Positions 8,806 to 16,456 of a stretch of 64,000 nt of DNA are shown piece after piece. The stretch spans positions 3,140-67,139 of the IMG/VR virus record IMGVR_UViG_3300030328_001638. One strand, written 5' to 3'. The notes beneath the pieces are model-generated. The model had not been told where the DNA came from. It was given only the letters and a program-made list of their open reading frames with translations, and searched no databases. The stretch's first letter is position 1; the number at the start of each line of letters is the position of its first letter. The translations under genes were made by a program, and so were the position numbers. Origin of the DNA: a virus.

Positions 8806-9273
8806 ATGACAAAACAAGAATTTTTAAACAGGGCGAAAGCTATTAATGTAAAAGAATCACGAGGACACGATGCACCTTCTTATGAATGGGACATCAAATT
8901 TGACAATGTCAAAGTATGCAATTGTTGGGATGATTCTTATGGTGGAGAATTAGAAATAAATAATTATAGCCATCATTCTATTGAGAAGATTTATTCAACA
9001 ATAGACAAAGACTCTTTATGGGATGAAAAATACCAATGGACTACTACACTTGAGTTATTAATGTCTGAGTTGCTTGATAACCATTACCGAGACAAAGATG
9101 CTAAAAAAGGAGTAGTGTTCACTAATGGGAAAATTAGAGGATACAAACACACCATCCCAACATTAATAAAAAGAGGAGAAGGTTTCTTGATTCAGGACAT
9201 TATTGATTCTGTCAAGGATAAATCTACCATTGTAAATCACGAATATTTAACTAACCTAAAATTTAAAATATGA
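8806..9273 (+). CDS. Early hypothetical protein
   Basis: ORF track. Confidence 0.7.
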   Translation: MTKQEFLNRAKAINVKESRGHDAPSYEWDIKFDNVKVCNCWDDSYGGELEINNYSHHSIEKIYSTIDKDSLWDEKYQWTTTLELLMSELLDNHYRDKDAKKGVVFTNGKIRGYKHTIPTLIKRGEGFLIQDIIDSVKDKSTIVNHEYLTNLKFKI

Positions 9274-9503
9274 ATCCATTTAAAATAACACCGAGTAAAA
9301 TCTCAGATTCAGTACAGAAGAATATCTCAATTCAATTGGAGTTTGCTATCAATCAAATTGCAAGTGATTTGGATATAAATACTTTTGATGAGATTGATTT
9401 AGCATTGACTATTGTAAATGACATTGATGCCTTGAAAAAAACTATTGTTCACGAGATTATGAAGCAATGTCATCAAGAGTATAATAGGAGAAAAGGATTC
9501 TAA
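9270..9503 (+). CDS. Early hypothetical protein
   Basis: ORF track; ATGA overlap. Confidence 0.7.
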   Translation: MNPFKITPSKISDSVQKNISIQLEFAINQIASDLDINTFDEIDLALTIVNDIDALKKTIVHEIMKQCHQEYNRRKGF

Positions 9504-9519
9504 CAATCCCTTACTCAAC

Positions 9520-9559
9520 ACCTTGCCTTGCATAGAGATATGCGAGGTTTTGGTGGTAG
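9520..9559 (+). promoter_or_regulatory. Structured RNA motif copy 1 (9-bp GNRA hairpin + TTTTGGTGGTAG)
   Basis: ACC-ttg-CCTTGCATA-GAGA-TATGCGAGG-TTTT-GGTGGTAG. Confidence 0.65.
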
Positions 9560-9595
9560 TAGGCAATAGTGCCTTAACAATTAAATAACAAAACA

Positions 9596-10294
9596 ATGAA
9601 ACTATTAGAATTATTTAGTGGCTCTCGTTCAATCGGCAAAGTAGCTGAAGCAAGAGGACACGAGGTATTCTCGGTTGATAATGTAGCTTATCCAAAAACT
9701 AATTGGGTAGGAGACATTTTAGATTGGGACTACCGATTAAATGAAATGGAAGTAGGAGAATTAGATGAATTCTACATTCCTGATGTCATATGGGCATCTC
9801 CACCTTGCACCGACTTTTCGGTGGCTTGTATTGGTCGTAAATGGGTCAAAGGACACGAATTTATGCCGAAGGACAATCAGCTTTTAGGAATCAAGATCTT
9901 GGAAAAAACTTTAGAAATTATAAAATTTTACCTTGAGAAGAATCCTGAATTAATTTGGTACATAGAAAATCCAAGAGGTAAAATGCGTAAAGCACCTCAT
10001 TTCCAACATATTTATCATAAAAGAGAAACCATTACATATTGTCAATATGGGGACTCCAGAATGAAACCTACTGATATCTGGACCAATGATATTGGATGGA
10101 AACCAAAACCTATGTGTAAAAATGGGGACACTTGTCATACTCCTGCACCGAGAGGTTCACAGACAGGTACACAAGGACTTAAAGGTAATCACGAACGAAG
10201 CAAGATACCATCTGACTTATGTCAGGAGATTATAGAATCAGCAGAGTTTGAGGTTAACTTTAAGGAAAACATATTACTAACAAAAACTAAATAA
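9596..10294 (+). CDS. C5-cytosine DNA methyltransferase
   Basis: LELFSG (motif I), SPPC (IV), IENP (VI). Confidence 0.88.
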   Translation: MKLLELFSGSRSIGKVAEARGHEVFSVDNVAYPKTNWVGDILDWDYRLNEMEVGELDEFYIPDVIWASPPCTDFSVACIGRKWVKGHEFMPKDNQLLGIKILEKTLEIIKFYLEKNPELIWYIENPRGKMRKAPHFQHIYHKRETITYCQYGDSRMKPTDIWTNDIGWKPKPMCKNGDTCHTPAPRGSQTGTQGLKGNHERSKIPSDLCQEIIESAEFEVNFKENILLTKTK

Positions 10295-10296
10295 CT

Positions 10297-10497
10297 ATGA
10301 AAAAACCGAAATTTAGGTTGTGGTGGTTTACAGATTGCAATAAAAAAGATGAGAGATTGCATTCTAAAGACTTTAAAACTTTAATAGAAGCTAAACAATT
10401 TATCAAAGACAATCAAGATTGTGTGTTTGGTAAATCTATAAGAGATGTTGTAAATAAATCTTTTATCAAACCATCATTACTAACTAAAACTAAATAA
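10297..10497 (+). CDS. Early hypothetical protein
   Basis: ORF track. Confidence 0.65.
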   Translation: MKKPKFRLWWFTDCNKKDERLHSKDFKTLIEAKQFIKDNQDCVFGKSIRDVVNKSFIKPSLLTKTK

Positions 10498-10499
10498 CT

Positions 10500-10880
10500 A
10501 TGAAGAATACAATAAAAGATGTTCAACAAGCTGAATGCAATTTAGAGCCATTACATTGTCTCAATTGTGATAGTACAGAAGTTACATATCATCAATATAT
10601 AGGAGATGCATATTGTTCTGATTGTGGAGAGTGGCAAGAGGACATAAGCGATAGAGAGAGATTAAGAAAAGAAAACTTAATTGAAGCTATTGTAAGTTTA
10701 AATGATGAGGATAGCGTACATTTTTGCAATAAATGGGATTTAGCTCATTATGGCGAAGAAGTTAGTGCGACAGACCATTTATATAACTATGCAACAAATG
10801 TTGTAGAGGGAGAGTGCAAAACTCTTGAAGATATAAAGGAAATGGAAAACTATTTAAAGAAATATAAATCACTTAACTAA
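10500..10880 (+). CDS. Zinc-ribbon-containing early protein
   Basis: CxxC-x15-CxxC. Confidence 0.7.
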   Translation: MKNTIKDVQQAECNLEPLHCLNCDSTEVTYHQYIGDAYCSDCGEWQEDISDRERLRKENLIEAIVSLNDEDSVHFCNKWDLAHYGEEVSATDHLYNYATNVVEGECKTLEDIKEMENYLKKYKSLN

Positions 10881-10892
10881 AACTAAATAATT

Positions 10893-11012
10893 ATGAAAAT
10901 CAGAGAATTCATACAACATATTATCAACAATCCTTTTCAGGTATTTGCTGAAGTATGTTTTTTAATCATATTGTTTTTATGCTTACTATGTGTATTGCAT
11001 ATATTTCAATAG
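10893..11012 (+). CDS. Small membrane protein, 39 aa
   Basis: Read manually; preceded by the junction repeat; hydrophobic C-terminal half. Confidence 0.6.
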   Translation: MKIREFIQHIINNPFQVFAEVCFLIILFLCLLCVLHIFQ

Positions 11013-11033
11013 TGGAGTGGGGACTTTGTCCCC

Positions 11034-11082
11034 TCTGTCGTAAGGTGTGTGCCTTGCCTGATGAAGCGAAAGCAGAAACAGA
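11034..11082 (+). ncRNA. Hammerhead ribozyme, type III, short variant stem II (HH2)
   Basis: TCTG-TC-GTAAGGT/GCCTTGC-CTGATGA-A-GC-GAAA-GC-A-GAAA-CAGA; predicted cleavage GUC after 11039. Confidence 0.75.
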
Positions 11083-11107
11083 AATAAAAACTTAAAACTA
11101 AATAATT

Positions 11108-11605
11108 ATGGGACAATATTATATGCCGATAAACAAGACCAAAAAAGAGTATCTAAATCCTCATACTTTTGGCAATGGACTTAAACTAATGGAATTCACA
11201 AGTGATGGAAGAGGAGTGTTACAAGGACTATCTCTACTACTTGCTAATGGTAATGGTAGAGGGGGTGGAGACCATCCAAGTGGAGACAAGCTGATAGGAT
11301 CATGGAGTGGAGACAACATCACAATTGAAGGAGATTATGCTGACAATTCACTATGGGATGTTATAGCTAAAGATGAGGACAAGAAGAAACCACAATGGAA
11401 AGATGTAAGCATACCTACATACAGACTCTTACTGCAAAATACTTGGGTTGGTAGAGAGATGGAAGAAAGAATACTTAAAAGTGGTACACAATTTATGATG
11501 CAAGATGAGAAAAAGTTAATGGAAGAGTTATTTCCAAAAGCTTGTGTAGAAGGAGATTTGCGACAGAAATTTGACTTTGTAGAAAAAGGACAATCTGATG
11601 AGTAA
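11108..11605 (+). CDS. Conserved phage hypothetical protein (MGQYY...GLKLME...G.WAGD...GDY type)
   Basis: ORF track; bracketed by HH2 and HH3. Confidence 0.8.
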   Translation: MGQYYMPINKTKKEYLNPHTFGNGLKLMEFTSDGRGVLQGLSLLLANGNGRGGGDHPSGDKLIGSWSGDNITIEGDYADNSLWDVIAKDEDKKKPQWKDVSIPTYRLLLQNTWVGREMEERILKSGTQFMMQDEKKLMEELFPKACVEGDLRQKFDFVEKGQSDE

Positions 11606-11651
11606 AGGTTTAAACACCTACGAAACACCTCAATTTGAGGTGTAATTGTTT
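11588..11651 (+). ncRNA. Hammerhead ribozyme, type I (HH3)
   Basis: ACAAT-CTGATGA-GTA..GGT/ACC-TAC-GAAA-CACCTCA/TGAGGTG-TA-ATTGT; predicted cleavage GUA after 11644. Confidence 0.88.
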
Positions 11652-11668
11652 AATTTAAAAATAAAATT

Positions 11669-11872
11669 ATGAGTAATTTAAGCTATTGCAGATTTCAAAA
11701 TACTGCACGAGATTTAAGAGATTGCCTAAACGCAATTGAAGATGGTCAGATAGATGACTTATCATTTGAGGAATTCAAAGGAATACAACAAATTCTGCAG
11801 GATTGCGAAACCTTAATGTTTATGAAGGAAGAGATTGAAGATGAGATAGGAGTAGAGCCATCCAGAAACTAA
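11669..11872 (+). CDS. Conserved small phage protein (M.N.SYCRF.NT..DL.DC type)
   Basis: ORF track; recognisable N-terminal pattern. Confidence 0.75.
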   Translation: MSNLSYCRFQNTARDLRDCLNAIEDGQIDDLSFEEFKGIQQILQDCETLMFMKEEIEDEIGVEPSRN

Positions 11873-11894
11873 TAAATAACTAAAATAAATAACT

Positions 11895-12224
11895 ATGAAA
11901 AAAGATTTAAATTATGAATCAGTAGGAGAGTATTTTGAAGATGAGTTAGGTACTCTTATGGACAAGTATATAATGGAAACAAGTAAATATCAATATGTCA
12001 ATGAGGATGGGGAATTATTTTTTGAAGATAACGACAGGATGGATAGATATTATGAGACTGCGTTAGCTAACTTAATCTATCTGCTAAAAAAGACATATAA
12101 TTCTCCTAAACTTGCTTGTAAAACGACAGGTAAAGTTATAAATAATCCTGACTATGTTGAAGATAAAGAAAAAGAGGTTTTTCAAAATTTTGGACAAGGA
12201 TATTTATACAGGATCACAAACTAA
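11895..12224 (+). CDS. Early hypothetical protein
   Basis: ORF track. Confidence 0.65.
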   Translation: MKKDLNYESVGEYFEDELGTLMDKYIMETSKYQYVNEDGELFFEDNDRMDRYYETALANLIYLLKKTYNSPKLACKTTGKVINNPDYVEDKEKEVFQNFGQGYLYRITN

Positions 12225-12325
12225 ATATGCGAATTTATGTTTCGCATTAATATTTTAAGTTTGTACTATTATTAATTTAAATAGTAGAAATTTTCAATAA
12301 ATACATTACAAACAAAAAAATTGAT

Positions 12326-12586
12326 TTGCGAAAAATAGTAACAAATCAAGATGCAGAAATAGTTTTAGACATATTTCAAATTAGAGATTTCCTCACAGAA
12401 GTAGCTGAAGGAAATTATCAGATACATAATGAGTATGGAGAATATAATCATTATGCAAATAGCTATTGTATGGCTATGGTAGAAAAATTTGATTATCTAA
12501 ATGGATTAAATATTCCTCATTCAGAAAAAAGGAGTATAGAAAAATATTGTTTAAAATTACATTTGAAACATAAATTCGGTAAATAA
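12326..12586 (+). CDS. Hypothetical protein
   Basis: ORF track; TTG start; TAAGTTTG element at ~12256. Confidence 0.5.
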   Translation: MRKIVTNQDAEIVLDIFQIRDFLTEVAEGNYQIHNEYGEYNHYANSYCMAMVEKFDYLNGLNIPHSEKRSIEKYCLKLHLKHKFGK

Positions 12587-12592
12587 AACAAT

Positions 12593-12667
12593 TGCGAGGT
12601 AGAGCAGTCAGGTCAGCTCGTTGGGTTCATATCCCAAAGGTCGCAGGTTCAAATCCTGCCCTCGCAC
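12593..12667 (+). tRNA. tRNA-Met(CAT), initiator-like
   Basis: TGCGAGG/CCTCGCA acceptor stem, GAGC/GCTC D stem, TTGGG/CCCAA anticodon stem with CAT, GCAGG-TTCAAAT-CCTGC T arm; no encoded CCA. Confidence 0.92.
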
Positions 12668-12914
12668 CTAAAGGCAAAAAGTTTTTTATATTAATTAGCT
12701 ATGAAGTATACGAAGCTGATATGTGAGCCATAGGTTTAACTCATAGAAGTTGCAAATTCTTGTTAAACCTAAAATATTTATTAACCTAAACCTATATCAA
12801 TATGAGTAAGTACGAAGATAAAATCAAAGCATCTTTTTATTCCTTTCTGGTCATGATCCTAATATTAATTTATTTAATTATGAGTAATTATTAGGATTTA
12901 AGGATTTTTTTAAC

Positions 12915-12922
12915 TATATTTG
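12915..12922 (+). promoter_or_regulatory. Bacteroidota -7 promoter element
   Basis: TATATTTG. Confidence 0.6.
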
Positions 12923-12953
12923 CACAAGATGTAAACATTATATTGTTTTGTTG

Positions 12954-12994
12954 ACCTCTACCTCACTATGAAAATAGTGGGGTTTTGGTGGTAG
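12954..12994 (+). promoter_or_regulatory. Structured RNA motif copy 2 (9-bp GNRA hairpin + TTTTGGTGGTAG)
   Basis: ACC-tcta-CCTCACTAT-GAAA-ATAGTGGGG-TTTT-GGTGGTAG. Confidence 0.65.
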
Positions 12995-13029
12995 AAACGA
13001 AAATTTATTATTAACTTAAAATTAAAATT

Positions 13030-13848
13030 ATGCCAAATCATTGCTTTTGTAATATCCAAGTTTACGACAAAAAGGATATTAAATTATTAAAACAAATCGA
13101 ACAAATAGACACTGGACTTGCAGGATTTATTAAGCCAATGCCTGAATGTTTAAACAACACTACAATGCCTGTCAATATTATTTCTCAAAAGGAATATGAT
13201 GAGCAAGAACTGAAAAGAAAAAACAATCCTGAAGAGAGAATCTTTTCATCAGGAATTACTAAAGAGATGCAAACAGAATACAAGGATAAATTTAAATTTG
13301 ACAATTGGTACAATTGGGCATCATTCAATTGGGGAACAAAATGGGGGTGCTATGAGAATGAGGTTAATTTAGACTCTTATACCTTTACTACTGCGTGGTC
13401 TCCACTTGATGATGATATTCTCGAAGCTTTTGCTAAACTAACCACTAAAGGATTCTTTTATACTTTTGAGGAAGAAACAGGATGGGGTGGAGTGAGAGAA
13501 TATGATGAAAATGGAGTATGTAAATCCTATTTTAATTATGAAGAACCTAATTGGGAGGAGATGAGACAATTTTGGATTAACAAGGAAGGGGTTATTAAGG
13601 AAGTTCCTTATGAAGAACATTTAGAAGAGCCTGCAGAAGATTTTGAATATCTATGTGAGGTCTCAGAACTTAAAGAGGATCATGACAATGGATCAGACCA
13701 ATATTCTGTAGGATTTTATGAATGTTATAACCTTCAGGAATACTATGGAAAAACCCTTGCAGATGTTTTTAATGAGGTGTGTAAGGATAAGAATATAGAC
13801 TCTTGGGTTTTTCATTCCCTTCAACAATCCATATCAAGCTTAATTTAA
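13030..13848 (+). CDS. DUF1281/YubB-like ferredoxin-fold protein
   Basis: MPNHC.., NWYNW...NWGTKW, FTTAWSP motifs. Confidence 0.75.
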   Translation: MPNHCFCNIQVYDKKDIKLLKQIEQIDTGLAGFIKPMPECLNNTTMPVNIISQKEYDEQELKRKNNPEERIFSSGITKEMQTEYKDKFKFDNWYNWASFNWGTKWGCYENEVNLDSYTFTTAWSPLDDDILEAFAKLTTKGFFYTFEEETGWGGVREYDENGVCKSYFNYEEPNWEEMRQFWINKEGVIKEVPYEEHLEEPAEDFEYLCEVSELKEDHDNGSDQYSVGFYECYNLQEYYGKTLADVFNEVCKDKNIDSWVFHSLQQSISSLI

Positions 13849-13928
13849 ATAATAACAATAATGGGGGGGGGAGAAAGTTTAAGATTGCACTTCTATCATC
13901 CCCCTTCTATTATTATAACCCAACAATT

Positions 13929-14183
13929 ATGAACAAAATAGATACAATACAGATGATTTTAGAGACTGCACCTTTAGACCAAATTACACCTCATACTTTA
14001 TATGAAGTAATAATGGAAGTAATAGAATCTGAAGAAAAAGCAAATGAAATCGGATTAAAGGAAATAAGACGCATAACAAAACAATTAGATTGGAGTAATG
14101 ACTTTATAGATTATGTAGAAGATCAAATGCCTAATATATATAATGAAGCGTGTGCGTGGGCAGATAAAATGGAAATACAATAA
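13929..14183 (+). CDS. Early hypothetical protein
   Basis: Start reassigned to ATG 13929. Confidence 0.65.
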   Translation: MNKIDTIQMILETAPLDQITPHTLYEVIMEVIESEEKANEIGLKEIRRITKQLDWSNDFIDYVEDQMPNIYNEACAWADKMEIQ

Positions 14184-14196
14184 CAAATAAATAACT

Positions 14197-14421
14197 ATGA
14201 AAAATAAATTAACTCCTTTTCAAGAGGAACAAATGATTCACTTATGCAATAAACTTTTAGAGTATATGTATGAGCCTGAATATACTGATTTTAATGAACG
14301 ACATTTGTCAGATATAGTTGGTTTAAAAAATTTTAGCCAAGAGTATCAAGATGAACTAAACAAAAGCGACCATATATTTAAATACATATATGCGTTAGAA
14401 AAACTAATAAATCAATTATGA
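14197..14421 (+). CDS. Early hypothetical protein
   Basis: ORF track. Confidence 0.65.
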   Translation: MKNKLTPFQEEQMIHLCNKLLEYMYEPEYTDFNERHLSDIVGLKNFSQEYQDELNKSDHIFKYIYALEKLINQL

Positions 14422-14663
14422 AAAAATATAAATTAAAAAAATCAAGGTTTTTGGATTGGATGTTCAGCGACTTTGATGACCAACAATATTGGGGTGGATA
14501 TTTCCTTAAGGAATTAAAACAAAATGGGAGAATTGAGTACACTATCGACCAGATGTTAGCTGAAAGAGATGAACTACCTATGTGGATCATGGAAGGATTT
14601 CAGTTTCAATATATGGATGAGGAGATGGTGTCAGATATGAACGAAGTAGAATTAATAGATTAA
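14418..14663 (+). CDS. Early hypothetical protein
   Basis: ORF track; ATGA overlap. Confidence 0.65.
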   Translation: MKKYKLKKSRFLDWMFSDFDDQQYWGGYFLKELKQNGRIEYTIDQMLAERDELPMWIMEGFQFQYMDEEMVSDMNEVELID

Positions 14664-14664
14664 A

Positions 14665-14844
14665 ATGGATATAGCAATAATAAGATTTACGGAAAACACA
14701 GGGAGAGAGTATATAGTAGAAATTACTAACGATCCTGACAAGTGGCTAATAGAAAACAACACTTTTAGAGATGAGCCTGAAAAATTATCGGACTTTGATA
14801 TAGAATGGACTACATTAAAACACTATGACAATGGAACTATATAG
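14665..14844 (+). CDS. Small hypothetical protein, 59 aa
   Basis: Read manually (MDIAIIRFTENTGREY...). Confidence 0.55.
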   Translation: MDIAIIRFTENTGREYIVEITNDPDKWLIENNTFRDEPEKLSDFDIEWTTLKHYDNGTI

Positions 14845-15001
14845 ATACGAGGAAACAGATGATGATGTTATGTATTTCATTACAGACATTAGAGAGTTTA
14901 TACAAGATCATAATGAGTGTATGGAAACCGAATACACTTCAGTAAAAGAATATAATAAGGGAGAGCCACACAGAATAATAACACAAATTAATTTAAACTA
15001 A
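14831..15001 (+). CDS. Small hypothetical protein, 56 aa
   Basis: Read manually (MELYRYEETDDD...). Confidence 0.55.
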   Translation: MELYRYEETDDDVMYFITDIREFIQDHNECMETEYTSVKEYNKGEPHRIITQINLN

Positions 15002-15004
15002 CCT

Positions 15005-15160
15005 ATGAATGAATTAGAAAGAATTATCTTGAAAGAAAAACTAAAACCAATGCCTAACTTCGACTATATTAGGTGGTTACAGCAACTAAATTTAGAGCAA
15101 TATAAAAAATCTTCTGTCTTTAAAAATAAAGACAATAATAGTTTGTTTATACCAAAGTAA
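15005..15160 (+). CDS. Small hypothetical protein, 51 aa
   Basis: Read manually (MNELERIILKEKLKP...). Confidence 0.5.
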   Translation: MNELERIILKEKLKPMPNFDYIRWLQQLNLEQYKKSSVFKNKDNNSLFIPK

Positions 15161-15178
15161 TTGATTATTTTTACCCAA

Positions 15179-15304
15179 GTTATCATAATAGTTTGTTTTT
15201 GTTTGAGAGAGGGGGCGATCGGTTAATAATGCCAAATAATTTTAATGGGTGTAAAAAGAACATCCTTTTAATATTAAATGTTTTGATGCCCCCTCTTTTT
15301 TTTT
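15179..15304 (+). ncRNA. Candidate small RNA with long closing stem and U tail
   Basis: Promoter-like TTTG...TATTTTTA upstream; AGAGGGGGC...GCCCCCTCT followed by a T-run. Confidence 0.4.
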
Positions 15305-15311
15305 ATTCCCT

Positions 15312-15524
15312 ATGTCACATTACTTAATACAACAATTAAAGCAAAGCAACGATCTAAATAAATTTTATAAGGAAATTTATATAGAACTTGATTGTTATTT
15401 TAAATATAGTGGAATGATTGAATATAAAAACCGATTTACTGCCCAGCATCCTGTTCATGATCCTGTGGTAAAAGAAAAGATTAACAATGATATGTCTAAA
15501 TATAAATTAAAAAAAAATAAATGA
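15312..15524 (+). CDS. Hypothetical protein
   Basis: ORF track. Confidence 0.6.
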   Translation: MSHYLIQQLKQSNDLNKFYKEIYIELDCYFKYSGMIEYKNRFTAQHPVHDPVVKEKINNDMSKYKLKKNK

Positions 15525-15745
15525 CTAAAGATGATAGAGTCCCTCATTATTATGTAGGGCAAAATAAAGAAAGAAATTACCAAGCACGATATGTAGTAAG
15601 CGATTTTGATTGCACATATAATATTGGTACTGCTGTGACTTACTGCCTACGCAGTTCACGAAAACACGACACTCCTATTCAAGATTTATATAAAGCAATA
15701 GCACATTTAGAATTTGAAATAGAGAGATTAAAGGAGATTAATTAA
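15521..15745 (+). CDS. DUF3310-like (SaV/T7 gp1.7-like) protein
   Basis: PHYY...YNIGTAVTYCLRS.RK....DLYKA...LEFEI pattern. Confidence 0.75.
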   Translation: MTKDDRVPHYYVGQNKERNYQARYVVSDFDCTYNIGTAVTYCLRSSRKHDTPIQDLYKAIAHLEFEIERLKEIN

Positions 15746-15755
15746 AATAAATAAA

Positions 15756-16052
15756 ATGAAAAAAGCAATTTTTGACAAGTACGCATACGCAATAGCAGAA
15801 CAATTTCATCTAAAGTTAGATGAGATGTTTGATAAAAGTAGAAGAAGAGATTTAGTAGATGCAAGGCAACTACTATTTTATCTTTGTTTAGAAAGACCGA
15901 TTAGAGTATCTTATGTTCAAAAGTTTATGGAAGATAATGGATGCAAAGTTGCTCATTCTACTATAATTCATGGATACAAACAAGCCAAAGCATTAATTGA
16001 CTCAGACTCAGATTATAGTGAGATGATAGAGAAAATTAATAATGAAGTATAA
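15756..16052 (+). CDS. Stand-alone DnaA domain-IV-like HTH protein
   Basis: KSRRRDLVDARQLLFYLC...HSTIIHG matches the Bac_DnaA_C signature. Confidence 0.75.
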   Translation: MKKAIFDKYAYAIAEQFHLKLDEMFDKSRRRDLVDARQLLFYLCLERPIRVSYVQKFMEDNGCKVAHSTIIHGYKQAKALIDSDSDYSEMIEKINNEV

Positions 16053-16450
16053 TGAGATACACCTTAAAAGAAGTTTATAATCAAGCGATTACCGATACTA
16101 ACTCTACCATTAATAAAATGGGTAGAGGAGTGTTTGTTATAAGCTTGGGAGTAAAGCTTCAACACTTTCCAAGTAAAACTGAAATCCTCAATTGTTCAAA
16201 GGGTGGAGATTACTATAGAGAGTTAGATGACCAGGAGTATGAGTTTTTTTTTGAGTTCGGTTGGAAGAAAGGAGTTTTATTAATTGCATTAAGCAATTGT
16301 AATTACAAACTCCAACTAATTGAAGATCGAATGAAAACAGAAATGAATACTCGGAAAAACGACAAGCATATACAGAATCTCAAAACACGAAGAGACAATG
16401 TGTTAAAAAAATATGCTAAATATAAAATTAAATTAAATCAATTAAATTAA
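16052..16450 (+). CDS. Hypothetical protein
   Basis: ORF track. Confidence 0.7.
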   Translation: MRYTLKEVYNQAITDTNSTINKMGRGVFVISLGVKLQHFPSKTEILNCSKGGDYYRELDDQEYEFFFEFGWKKGVLLIALSNCNYKLQLIEDRMKTEMNTRKNDKHIQNLKTRRDNVLKKYAKYKIKLNQLN

Positions 16451-16456
16451 AACATT

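Larger units (their letters stand above)
10273..11110 (+). repeat. Dispersed gene-junction repeat (T)AAAACTAAATAA(C/T)TATG
   Basis: Copies ending at ATGs 10297, 10500, 10893 and 11108; degenerate copies at 11895 and 14197. Confidence 0.8.

Noticed and set aside
10273-11110. Possible CRISPR-like array from the regularly recurring repeat
   Set aside because: Spacers are whole genes of 200-400 bp, the repeat is non-palindromic, and no cas genes are present
12668-12772. Theta (HDV-like) or twister ribozyme behind the tRNA
   Set aside because: Could not fit the nested double-pseudoknot or twister consensus by eye; kept only as an unassigned structured RNA
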